A stretch of 63,818 nucleotides of DNA, the filler included, from Barthelona sp. PAP020 (Eukaryota), in assembly GCA_040182905.1 (NCBI GenBank). It is 3 parts of 3 records of this genome, joined end to end, with 100 filler letters (N's around TTAATTAATTAA, not from the genome) between each part and the next. Parts side by side here need not be neighbours in the genome. Positions count along the whole stretch, not along the records: positions 42,681 to 63,818 come from JARQWU010000185.1; 2 more parts are not named here. One strand, 5' to 3'. A model generated the notes under the pieces. The model searched no databases, was not told the DNA's origin, and was given only the letters and a program-made list of their open reading frames with translations. Each line of letters starts with the position of its first letter. Within the stretch, counting starts at the first letter, position 1. Below are positions 50,403 through 60,078 of this stretch, piece after piece. The position numbers and the translations under genes are program-made.

Positions 50403-52070
50403 ATGTCGAGTCAATATCGAACGAGTGTTATTCCTTGGATTGATTGGGAGGAATGGAACACGATATACCAATCTCTGAGTTTCTCAACAACATCAAAATC
50501 CATAAATGAAGATGGTTCAAGGATATTAAGGCTTTGGGAAATACGCAAGGGATGTCCTCCTGTTATTGAAGCTAGTACACATTTATTTTCTTCACCTTTA
50601 AATGAGAATGAAAAGGAAAGTTTACAATATCGATTATACATGAGTGCTGCATGCGTTAGATTAGTTAATTCATTCGCTACTTCATTACGAAAGAATGGTG
50701 AAACGGGTAGTATTATGGATATTAGTATTAGAGCCGGTATACCATCATATTTTGTTGATTTTCGTCATCAAATTAGTCATCAAGCAATCCCCTCTGTATC
50801 AGCATTAAAATTGTTTCAATCTGATGCCATTAATTTAATATACAAGAATTATTGGAAAACTCAAAATATACACCTGTTAAAGAAGTTTAAGATTGTTACA
50901 AACCATGCCAAGAATATTTTAAAACGATTGTACAAAAATTTATCGGTTGATCAACACATGAACAAGTTGATTGAAATTTTGACTCCCAATTTCTATGCCA
51001 GTGTTGTTTGTCCGGTTATTTTGTCTTTTTGTTTGAAAGTTTCATGCAAAAGACGGTTGGCTATTATACTCAGAAGGTTCTTATCTTTTCTTCAACCTGC
51101 TTTGTCTACATGTCAGGGAACATTAGCGTTATATCTATGTGATAGTTATATTCCGGTTGATGATGAACAACAAAAGGAAATTGCAAACAAAAAAAATTTG
51201 CAATTATTAAAATTTTTGCTACTTGAGCACATTTGCAATTCTAACATTCCAGATAACGGGTTGCCATATTTACCGTTATGTTCTTGTCAAAAGTGTGACA
51301 CTGCTCCTTTGGATAGAAAAGACAAAAGATACAAATATATTCCTAAAAGAGCCACATTATCCAAATATGCAGAACCTGCTCTTTCATTGCTATTTTACCG
51401 ACCTTGTCAAGATACTTTTTGGTTGCTGAATCGACTTCCTCTTGAGGATCCCATTTATGTTTCCAGATTGACACTGTTGAGCATATTAGAAGAAAAACAC
51501 CAAATTAATTTGTTGCTTTCAAGTGAAAAGACAAATGGAAAGAACATTGGAAAGAATAGGATTGTTGAAGAAGAGCAAATAGCTTCTGATGATGCGAATA
51601 GTGTGTCTGAAGAAGAAGATAGTTCTGATGAAGACAGTTTTACCAATGATTTGAGTGACCAAGAAGAAAAAAAAGAAGAGGAAGAAGAGGAAGAAGAGAA
51701 TCAGGAGAAAGAATTGGAGGAAGAAAGAATTGATTTTGCTATCAACGAAATAAACCCAAATATATCAGATAAAGACAGAAGTTGGCATGTTATCAAGCTT
51801 CCATCTTATTTACCATGGGGAGTTTCATCGGCACAAGAATTAGTCAAAGATTTCAGAGATTTTGGAATCAAAACAAGTACAAAGGAAACAAATAATGCAG
51901 AATATTCAGATTCAGATGAAGAGTTTGAGTCAAATACTGACATGGAGGAAACTATCATGTCAAATGACATAAATGATGATTATCACAGCGATTGGATGAA
52001 TCCAAACTGTTTTGACACACTATTTTCAGATGGATTTTTCGCTAATGTGTTGTGTAATGGTTATCAATGA
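50403..52070 (+). CDS. LAS1: LAS1 HEPN endoribonuclease (ITS2 C2 cleavage)
   Basis: VIPWIDWEEW, WEIRKGCPPVIEAS, RLYMSAACVRLVN, GIPSYFVDFRHQISHQAIPS (HEPN RxxxxH intact). Confidence 0.9.
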   Translation: MSSQYRTSVIPWIDWEEWNTIYQSLSFSTTSKSINEDGSRILRLWEIRKGCPPVIEASTHLFSSPLNENEKESLQYRLYMSAACVRLVNSFATSLRKNGETGSIMDISIRAGIPSYFVDFRHQISHQAIPSVSALKLFQSDAINLIYKNYWKTQNIHLLKKFKIVTNHAKNILKRLYKNLSVDQHMNKLIEILTPNFYASVVCPVILSFCLKVSCKRRLAIILRRFLSFLQPALSTCQGTLALYLCDSYIPVDDEQQKEIANKKNLQLLKFLLLEHICNSNIPDNGLPYLPLCSCQKCDTAPLDRKDKRYKYIPKRATLSKYAEPALSLLFYRPCQDTFWLLNRLPLEDPIYVSRLTLLSILEEKHQINLLLSSEKTNGKNIGKNRIVEEEQIASDDANSVSEEEDSSDEDSFTNDLSDQEEKKEEEEEEEENQEKELEEERIDFAINEINPNISDKDRSWHVIKLPSYLPWGVSSAQELVKDFRDFGIKTSTKETNNAEYSDSDEEFESNTDMEETIMSNDINDDYHSDWMNPNCFDTLFSDGFFANVLCNGYQ

Positions 52071-52429
52071 ATTATTCAACAGAATTATATTTCACCCTAG
52101 CAAAGCTGACGGATTTCACTTGAAAGAGAATATAAATGTGTTTAAGGTTTCTTCTTACAATTTGTAATTTTAATGGGTATTAAAATTGAAAAGCTCATGT
52201 AATAACACTGGAATTGTAAGAATTGTAAGAATTTGGATACAACTATACAGAAACAAGTCAACAAAGAATATCAAAATCCTACAAAGAGAACATAAGTGGA
52301 GACATTAAAGTGAATCAAGGGGCTAAAGGAAAGTATTACACTTTTCTTTAAATACCTGCCCAATCTAAACCGGAAGCATTTCTTTTTTTTTTTAAGAGTG
52401 TTCTGAAACATCCACGCAAAACGACTCAG

Positions 52430-52844
52430 TTGCAAATACCCCCCTACTCTAACCGAGAACAATAAAGATCTTTTGAGCTGGTACAGCGAAATTTTCAACA
52501 TCTGAACATATCCAACTCGTACAAGTTTCAATATTTGCACGGAAGGAAAGTAACAGTTTACACCAGAGCTCCATCAAAGTGGAAGGGAAATTTGGCAAGT
52601 CGTAAAGGTTTCAAAAGTTTCAATTTATTTACATTTTAATTTGTTGTTGTAATAGTCCGGTTTCGCAAAATTTTTTAATTTTTTTAATGTTATTTAATAT
52701 AAGAGGGAAAGAAAGATCACACTGCTAACATCTCAACCACAACCCCCCACACCTAAGAGTTGGATATAAACTGTTCAGAATTTATTGTTGAAATTGCCCT
52801 TTCGTAACGTGAATTTTTAAATATTGATTAAATTTAATTTGCAA
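52430..52844 (-). ncRNA. Candidate large structured non-coding RNA of unknown class
   Basis: 26 consecutive nt (52493-52518) pair with 52757-52793 across two bulges. Nested G-U-containing helices form only on the minus strand. No credible ORF. Confidence 0.4.
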
Positions 52845-52881
52845 AGACTCGATCCTTTTACCCGCGAAACAAAATAGAAAA

Positions 52882-52955
52882 CACCGGTACTGGGACTCGA
52901 ACCCAGAATCCTCAGATTAGAAGTCTAATACCCTATCCAATTAGGCTATACCGGC
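52882..52955 (-). tRNA. trnR-UCU: tRNA-Arg (anticodon UCU), intronless
   Basis: GCCGGTA/TACCGGT acceptor stem, D loop with GG and A20, anticodon arm TTAGA-CTTCTAA-TCTGA, T arm CTGGG-TTCGAGT-CCCAG, followed by T-runs. Confidence 0.96.
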
Positions 52956-53396
52956 CTTACCATCTATTCTCCTTGTTTCAATTTCAAAATTCTGGTTTTG
53001 TCAACAAAACTTCCCTTTCAGTGATTTGATTTGCTCATTTATTTCAAAATGAATTTTCAACTCATTTAAACCGAAAATTTTCATTTTCAAAATGGAATAT
53101 TTGTAAGTAAAAAAAAATTAATTTCTTCATTTTTATTTGTTTTGTATCTGATTGGAGGTAAATAACCGAAAAATGGAAGGAAAAATGGAAAAAAATATGT
53201 AATTCATTCTTTTTACATTATTGTCCATTTTTACTAAACCTGTTACTGTTTTTTTATGATAGAAAATGTTAATTTTATTCTATTTTATATGTTGAAAAGA
53301 ATGAATTATTAGTTTTATCAGAACATTTCTGAATTTCTTTTTATTATAATATAACCTTGAAATTGATTTTTTTTTGGGCTATAATACTTTTTTTTA

Positions 53397-54944
53397 ATGT
53401 CATTCCACTCAAAGTTTGCTAATTTATGGAATATTAATTTTTCCATTTTTGTTGTTGGAGAAGCATTATCTTCCTTGGGAGATATGTTTTCTGTTGTCGC
53501 TTTACCATTAGTTGTATTAATGTTAAATAACAATGCGATGATATTAAGTTTTGTTTTGGCTTTTTTGGGGATTCCTCGTTTATTAGTGATGTTATTTGGT
53601 GGCGGAAATATTGGAGATTACTTTGGACCCAGAAAAATTATTATTTTTGCCAATGGTGTTCGATGTGTTATTACTTTTGCTTTTGTTTTTTGCATGTTTT
53701 TTAAAATTTTAAATTTAATGATAATTTGTGGGTATTGCATTATATATGGGATGATGAGTGCCTTGTTTTTAACATCATCGTCTTCTATGACGCCATTCTT
53801 AAGTATTCCAGAAAATTATAGTTCTGCAAATACAATCTCTAACATGCTGTTGGGGTTAACGGTTATGCTAGGTCCCTTATTAGGAGCTCTTATTATTGGT
53901 CAAGATGATAGAAGCAATAATGTGGATTTTGGAGTTCTTATTTGGTGCTTTTTGATAGATGCAATCACCTTCAGTTTTTCAGTTGTTTCTTGTTTCATAA
54001 TTGATGTGTTGACAAAGGAGCAAATTGAAGAATTGAAAGTGCTTTTTGATGGTAAAGACAAAGAGGTTGAAATACCTATTGACGAGGACATTGGAGTTTC
54101 AGGTATGGAATCAGTAAATGAAGATGTTGATGTTGATCTTTGCGTCTCCTCTGATAAAGAGAATACGGACAAGGAAATTTCTCATGATGATGTTGATATA
54201 AAGATATTTGAGGACCAGAACAAAACATCTGAGATTGTAAATGATCAAAATAGTACATCAGATATAACAGAGGATCATAACAAGATATTCAACCAATTTC
54301 TTTTGTTGAAATCAAATTCTGCACTTTCCTTCATCATCTTGACGGAGCTCATTTACAATTTATGCTTCATGGGTGTAATATATGTTGCTTTACCATATTA
54401 TTCTGAAAATATTTGGAGGTCTTCATCTTCATATCCATATATTATGGCAGTATTTGGTGGTTTCAGTATGGTTGGATCTTTCCTAGCATCTGTTTTGCCA
54501 CTGCTAAATCAATTTTGGCTAGGAAAAATCGTTATTTTATTTTGCTCTATTTCTGCCATTTTAATCATAGTTTTTTCATTCGTTCTTGAAAAATGGTGGG
54601 TTGTTATGATATTATATGGTATTTGTGCCTGTATTTATGGTGTTGAACATATTAATGTTTTAGTCTGGATTCAATTCATTACTCCCCCTTCACAATTGGC
54701 TATTACAATGAACTTATTTTATTTGGTTTCAACTGGTATCATTCCTATCAGTGATTTGCTTGTTGGTTTATTGTTGAAAGTTAATCATGGTATTGCTTTT
54801 GCAGGTACATTGTTGTTTTTCCCCTTTATATTATGCTTTTTTCACAAAGGTTTTAAAGAAATAGGGTTATCTAATGAACAAATTGAACGTTTAAAGGAAC
54901 AGAAAAAAAAAAAGGATGAAAAAGCTGTTGAAGAAAACAATTAA
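53397..54944 (+). CDS. MFS transporter (DHA3/MFS_3-like) with an acidic central loop
   Basis: NFSIFVVGEALSSLGD..SVVALP, GDYFGPRKI (motif A), LGPLLGALI, FLIDAITF; about 12 TM segments. Confidence 0.85.
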   Translation: MSFHSKFANLWNINFSIFVVGEALSSLGDMFSVVALPLVVLMLNNNAMILSFVLAFLGIPRLLVMLFGGGNIGDYFGPRKIIIFANGVRCVITFAFVFCMFFKILNLMIICGYCIIYGMMSALFLTSSSSMTPFLSIPENYSSANTISNMLLGLTVMLGPLLGALIIGQDDRSNNVDFGVLIWCFLIDAITFSFSVVSCFIIDVLTKEQIEELKVLFDGKDKEVEIPIDEDIGVSGMESVNEDVDVDLCVSSDKENTDKEISHDDVDIKIFEDQNKTSEIVNDQNSTSDITEDHNKIFNQFLLLKSNSALSFIILTELIYNLCFMGVIYVALPYYSENIWRSSSSYPYIMAVFGGFSMVGSFLASVLPLLNQFWLGKIVILFCSISAILIIVFSFVLEKWWVVMILYGICACIYGVEHINVLVWIQFITPPSQLAITMNLFYLVSTGIIPISDLLVGLLLKVNHGIAFAGTLLFFPFILCFFHKGFKEIGLSNEQIERLKEQKKKKDEKAVEENN

Positions 54945-55183
54945 TTATAAAGACCTTTCATGCATTTATTTAATTGATTATGTAAGTTGTCAGTCTTTCT
55001 TCAATGAAGAAATTCATAAAATAATTAAGGGAATTTTTTTTTTTTAAATTGTATTCATTTATCCCTTAAATGGTTTTAAAATTCAAATAATTATTAATTA
55101 ATTTAATAAAATCGTTTTTTCAACAGGAAAAAAAAATACTTTCCATTTTTGAGTTTTTTTTTTCAAATTTTTAATATTCACAA

Positions 55184-57596
55184 ATGACAAATAGTGGAAA
55201 TGAATCTGAAAATCCAATTGATGTATATAATATATTTTTATTTATTAAAAAACTAATTATTTTAGCCTGTTATTGATAATTCAGAAATGCGATCTGAAAG
55301 TAATTCACCACAGCCCAGCATAATGTCACAAAAATCAGATGTTGAAGTAATTCCACCTGAAGATTCATTATCCAGAACCAGCAGTACTGCGTCTCGACAA
55401 AGAGCTAAAAGTCTTGCAGCACGTCGAACAAAAATCCAAAAAACTCGATTATCTAAACGAATGAGTTCTTTAGTACCTGAATTAACTGAAGATTTGAATT
55501 CTCCTTCACCACCTCTTTTGCATGAAGAAACTTCCACATCTGGGCATATTTCTTCCATTGAAGATGATATAATGGATGAACATGTTGAAATGAATGTTGA
55601 AACTAAGGAGGAAGAGGTAGAAGTAGATTCGGATGTTGATGATGGTTATGACTATGACGAGTTGATGATTTCAATCAACAAGATTAATCTTGACACTGCA
55701 CCTGAAGCTCATACTACTTTGAAATTTATAAAGAGTCTTCAAAATTCTTCAAGTACCACTTCTATTGCAGCAGTTTTATCTTTTTTAGAAGAGGCTCCCC
55801 TTTCTAATCCAAAAGCTCAATTAGCACTGTTAGAATATGGTGGAATTGAGTTATTGATTCAACTATTGCAGGTAAAATCACTGCGAACTCAAATATCCAT
55901 TTGTAAAATCCTTATCAATGTTGCTGTTCATCCTTTAATTCAAGCCAGAGTTTCTAAAATACTTATCACAACGAAGGAAGAAGAAAAAAGTGCATTCACG
56001 TTGCTTAAAGAGTTGTTACCGGTAAATAAACAACAAATCTTAAGACAAAGTCAAGATGAATTGCTGGAAAACTTGGAATTATGGAGGGTTGCTTTGGAAG
56101 CTTTGGGAGCATTATGTATGAATAATGCAGCAAACAGACGTTTGCTGAGATCCACAAATACCCTGACAAAGATTATTTCGCTTCTTGGACTTCCATTCTT
56201 GTTTGTTGATTTTGGTAACAAAACTATGATCGAACGTGACAATTTGATCTTCAATACATGTGGATCTGCTGCATTTGCTCTTTGGATGTCCAGTAAGAAT
56301 TCCAAGAACCGCAGCTTGATTTATGATGGTCGTGGTTTGTGTACATTATGTAAGCTTCTCAAACTAGTCAGTGACAAAGAAATTGATTCGAAAGTTATTG
56401 TGAACATATTAGGGTGTTTGATGCAAAATGCTAAGGATGATTATGTTAGAAATGTATTTGCAAGATCAAATATTATTGAACATGTTATTAATTATCTAAA
56501 ATATGACAATGAAAGTGTTAGATCAATGGGAGCTGGTAGCTTATACGCGTTGTTACATTCTCAGGAACTGAGAAGTGAGTTTCGAGATTTGGATGGGTTA
56601 ATTCCATTAGTAGAATTGCTCGGACGTACTAAAGAAGAAACTGCCCTTTCCAATGTTGTAGGAGCATTATGCGAGGCAGCTAGGGATTCAGAAACTTCAG
56701 AGCAATTGGTTAAGCGTAATGCTATTCCTCAATTAGTTAGGCTTCTTCAACAAGACCAATATTCCAACATTGTAAAGATCCGTGTTTCCGCTACCCTACA
56801 AAACCTTGCTAAGATACCAGCTGGATCAAAAGCTATTCGTAACGCCAACGGTTTACCCATCCTAGTTAAGTTATTGATGTCAACAGACTATCAATTATTA
56901 GCTAACGTTACCGGAGCCCTTTGGCAATGTGGTTTGGATGGTGAATCTGCTAAAATAATTTCTGATTTGGATGGTATACGTCTTATTTGGTCACATTTAA
57001 AATCGAAGCATCATATTGTCCAGGCAAATGCTGCAGGAGCCATTGTTCCATTGTTATCATCCGCTGAAAATGTAGAGATCGTTGGAAGAAGCTTTGTTGG
57101 TGGACTTGAAATGCTCATATCTTTGTTAACCAGTGATTCTAACGATGTCTTAGCTAACACTTGTGCTGCAGTAGCAAGAATTGCTACAAACACTGAGAAT
57201 TTGAAGGTAATCACTGAAGATGGTATTGTTCCATTGTTAACCGCATTAGTGCATACCATTGATAACAATGTTAAAAAGAATTTAACAGATGCTATTGCTT
57301 CAGTTTGTAGATTACCTGAGAATCGTGTCATATTTGGACAATTAGGGGCAATTGAGCCATTGGTTGAATTTTTAAAATGTGACGATGAAGCTGTTCATGA
57401 ATCAACAGCCAAAGCATTTGTTGAATTGAGTAAATCGGCACCTAACTCATATGTACTACGTAAATCAGGTGCGGTAAATTATTTAGTGAAAATGATTGGT
57501 ACTCACAATGATAACTTACAGAATTATTGTGCAGAAACCGTTCAATACATTCGGAGACATCATATTACATGGTGTGAATCAAACAATATTCATTGA
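55184..57596 (+). CDS. ARMC4: Armadillo-repeat outer dynein arm docking protein ARMC4/ODAD2 (exons 55184-55222 and 55266-57596)
   Basis: GIRLIWSHLK, RSFVGGLE, ENLKVITEDGIV, NRVIFG..AIEPLV match ARMC4. A 43-nt GT..ACTAAT..AG intron joins the upstream ATG in frame. Confidence 0.85.
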
Positions 57597-57810
57597 TTTA
57601 TTTACGATGAACACATATAGATGATTTTTAGTTAATTGTGTAGTCCATATTTTTTTTAATGTAAAATTTTTTTTCATTTTGTTGTTAAAAGGAATTTGTC
57701 AAAAGTTTATTTTTTCTTTTTGTGCTCAATGTATGGATCCATTTACTCTTTAAAAAAAAAAATTAAAAAAAAAAATTGTCAATTGGTTCTTTTCATTGAC
57801 TTTTATCGAA

Positions 57811-58719
57811 ATGGCAGCCGTAGATCGATGGTTAGAATTAGCATACGACTGCAAATTGTTTCCAGAAACTGATTTTCGATTATTATGTCAATATGTCAGC
57901 TCACTTTTGCGTGAAGAACCATGTGTATTGGACTTAAAATCATCTATTGTAATAGTTGGAGATATTCATGGTCAATTCTATGATTTAAGAAATATGTTTG
58001 AAATTGTAGGCTGTCCTCCTCATAAACAATATCTATTTTTGGGAGATTATGTGGATAGGGGAAGATATTCCATGGAAACGATCACATTGTTATTAGTCTA
58101 TAAGGCAAAATATCCAGATAGAATTCATTTGTTGAGAGGTAATCATGAATCAAGACAAATAACCCAGCTGTATGGGTTTTATGAAGAAACTCTAAAAAAA
58201 TACGGTTCTAGTTTACCATGGCGTTTATTGATGAATGTTTTTGATTTGTTTCCAATTGCTTGTGTTATTGATAAAAGTGTTTTTGGGGTACACGGTGGTT
58301 TATCCCCAGAGATATCAATGGTTGAACAGATACGTACTTTAGAACGAGTTCAAGAAATTCCTTATGATGGTCCTTTTTCTGACCTTGTTTGGAGTGACCC
58401 CATGAATATTAAAACATGGGAAAGGTCTGTTAGAGGAGCTGGTTTTTATTTCGGAAGCGAAATCGTCAGTAAATTTTGTCATCTTAATGACCTTCAATTG
58501 ATAGTTAGAGCACATCAAGTTGCTCAAGATGGGTTTCAAACGTGGTTTGATCATGAAAAACTAGTCACTGTATGGTCAGCACCTAATTATATGTACAAAC
58601 AAGGGAATTTAGCTGCTGTTTTGGAGATTGATGAATATCAACAACAAAATTATAGACTTTTTGATGCTGTTCCTGATGAAAAGAGGAAAATTCCTGAGAA
58701 GCATTCATATTTGATGTAA
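57811..58719 (+). CDS. PP2A-family Ser/Thr phosphatase catalytic subunit (PP4/PP6-like)
   Basis: GDIHGQ, GDYVDRG, LRGNHESRQIT, HGGLSP, RAHQ, VTVWSAPNY. Confidence 0.92.
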   Translation: MAAVDRWLELAYDCKLFPETDFRLLCQYVSSLLREEPCVLDLKSSIVIVGDIHGQFYDLRNMFEIVGCPPHKQYLFLGDYVDRGRYSMETITLLLVYKAKYPDRIHLLRGNHESRQITQLYGFYEETLKKYGSSLPWRLLMNVFDLFPIACVIDKSVFGVHGGLSPEISMVEQIRTLERVQEIPYDGPFSDLVWSDPMNIKTWERSVRGAGFYFGSEIVSKFCHLNDLQLIVRAHQVAQDGFQTWFDHEKLVTVWSAPNYMYKQGNLAAVLEIDEYQQQNYRLFDAVPDEKRKIPEKHSYLM

Positions 58720-59065
58720 AATTCTTTGAGTTTGTTATTATTTTAACTTTATCATTGAATCAGATGATCCTTTTTGAAAAATTGCATAAAATTGAAGCTT
58801 ACTTGTTTTTTGAAAAATGAATTGAGAAATTTGAGATTAAAATAAAGTATGAAAAAAAAACTGTAAAACTATGTCAAAGTTCGCAAATATTTTTATTTAA
58901 AGCATGAAAATACAAAAAAATTGAAAATTGTGCAATAAAAAATTGACAAATGAGTTGGAAGGAGATAACAAACAATTCTTCATCTATCTTTTTTATACCT
59001 ATTTGAACATTCATGTTCAACAAGTGTTTATTTAATATAATAATTTGAACCAAAACTAAGATAAT

Positions 59066-59959
59066 ATGGGTCCTTTATCTTCAAAACCTGACAGCAAAAA
59101 AACAGAAACTAGTCATTATTTGTCTGATGTTGATAATATGTCAGATAGTTCTTCAGAAGAAGAAGAAGAAAATTGTCTGTTAGATCCAGAAAATGGTGTT
59201 GCCGTCACTTTTCAATGGAACGATGGTGGTTCTCAAGTATATGTTGCTGGTACATTTACTAATTGGGATGAAAATCCTATTAGGTTGTATTTGACACCAA
59301 ATGGAATTCATGAAAGAGTGTTATATTTGACACCAGGAAATTATAGCTACAAATATATTGTTGACACTGAATGGTGTTTTTCAAAAAACCAACCATTGAT
59401 TAAAGATCCTTTGGGTACAATTTTGAATTTTGTCGAAGTTACAGCTCGCAATAAGGAGAATTCAACAAAGAAGATTTTTGGGCGAGATGAACCTAAAGAC
59501 CTTGAAAAAATTAGTTATGAAGATGTTCCGCCTGTTCCTCATGCACTTTCTAGGTTAATTTTAAATGTACCTCAATCCCATCCTGATGATCCTTTGTTAC
59601 TTCCCCTTCCAAATCATGTGAGTTTAAATCACTTGATGAGTAGACCTCGTCGTTTAGATATGGTTGTGTTGGGAATGAATTCTAGATTTGAGGGAAAGTT
59701 TGTAACAACTGTATTGTATCAGCCCATGTCAACTGTAATTAAAAATAGACGTTTAAAAGAACAGATAGATAGAAGAAGAAGGAAAAAAATTGTCGATGAT
59801 TTTACAAAACATAGAGGACATTATCCTGCCATAGAATTGGCAAATAATGTTGATTATATGCCTACAATTGTTGATGATGATTCTACAACGGATAAAACAA
59901 ATGTTGAATATTCGATCACCATTGAGAAAAATGAATCTGATTTTTCTGAAAAACAGTAA
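59066..59959 (+). CDS. PRKAB: AMPK/SNF1 beta subunit
   Basis: MG N-terminus, CBM48 (VYVAGTFTNW, YKYIVDTEW), ASC domain (LLPLPNHVSLNHL...KFVTTVLYQP). Confidence 0.9.
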   Translation: MGPLSSKPDSKKTETSHYLSDVDNMSDSSSEEEEENCLLDPENGVAVTFQWNDGGSQVYVAGTFTNWDENPIRLYLTPNGIHERVLYLTPGNYSYKYIVDTEWCFSKNQPLIKDPLGTILNFVEVTARNKENSTKKIFGRDEPKDLEKISYEDVPPVPHALSRLILNVPQSHPDDPLLLPLPNHVSLNHLMSRPRRLDMVVLGMNSRFEGKFVTTVLYQPMSTVIKNRRLKEQIDRRRRKKIVDDFTKHRGHYPAIELANNVDYMPTIVDDDSTTDKTNVEYSITIEKNESDFSEKQ

Positions 59960-60078
59960 ACAAATTTTTGCCTTTATTTTTTTTTTAATTCTTTTTAAAT
60001 CAGCTTATTATTATTTTAGATTGATTGATATAAATAAATGAAAACTAAGTTAATTGTAAATTTTTTTTTTCCTATGAT

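Noticed and set aside
52311..52329. AAGGGGCTAA as an RNase MRP CR-V motif
   Set aside because: No matching CR-I (AAGTCCCC-like) partner was found upstream to form P4.
52271..52575. Short minus-strand ORFs or a possible pseudogene (includes RGVFAT, faintly SET-like)
   Set aside because: Interrupted by stops, with no other supporting motif; too weak to call.
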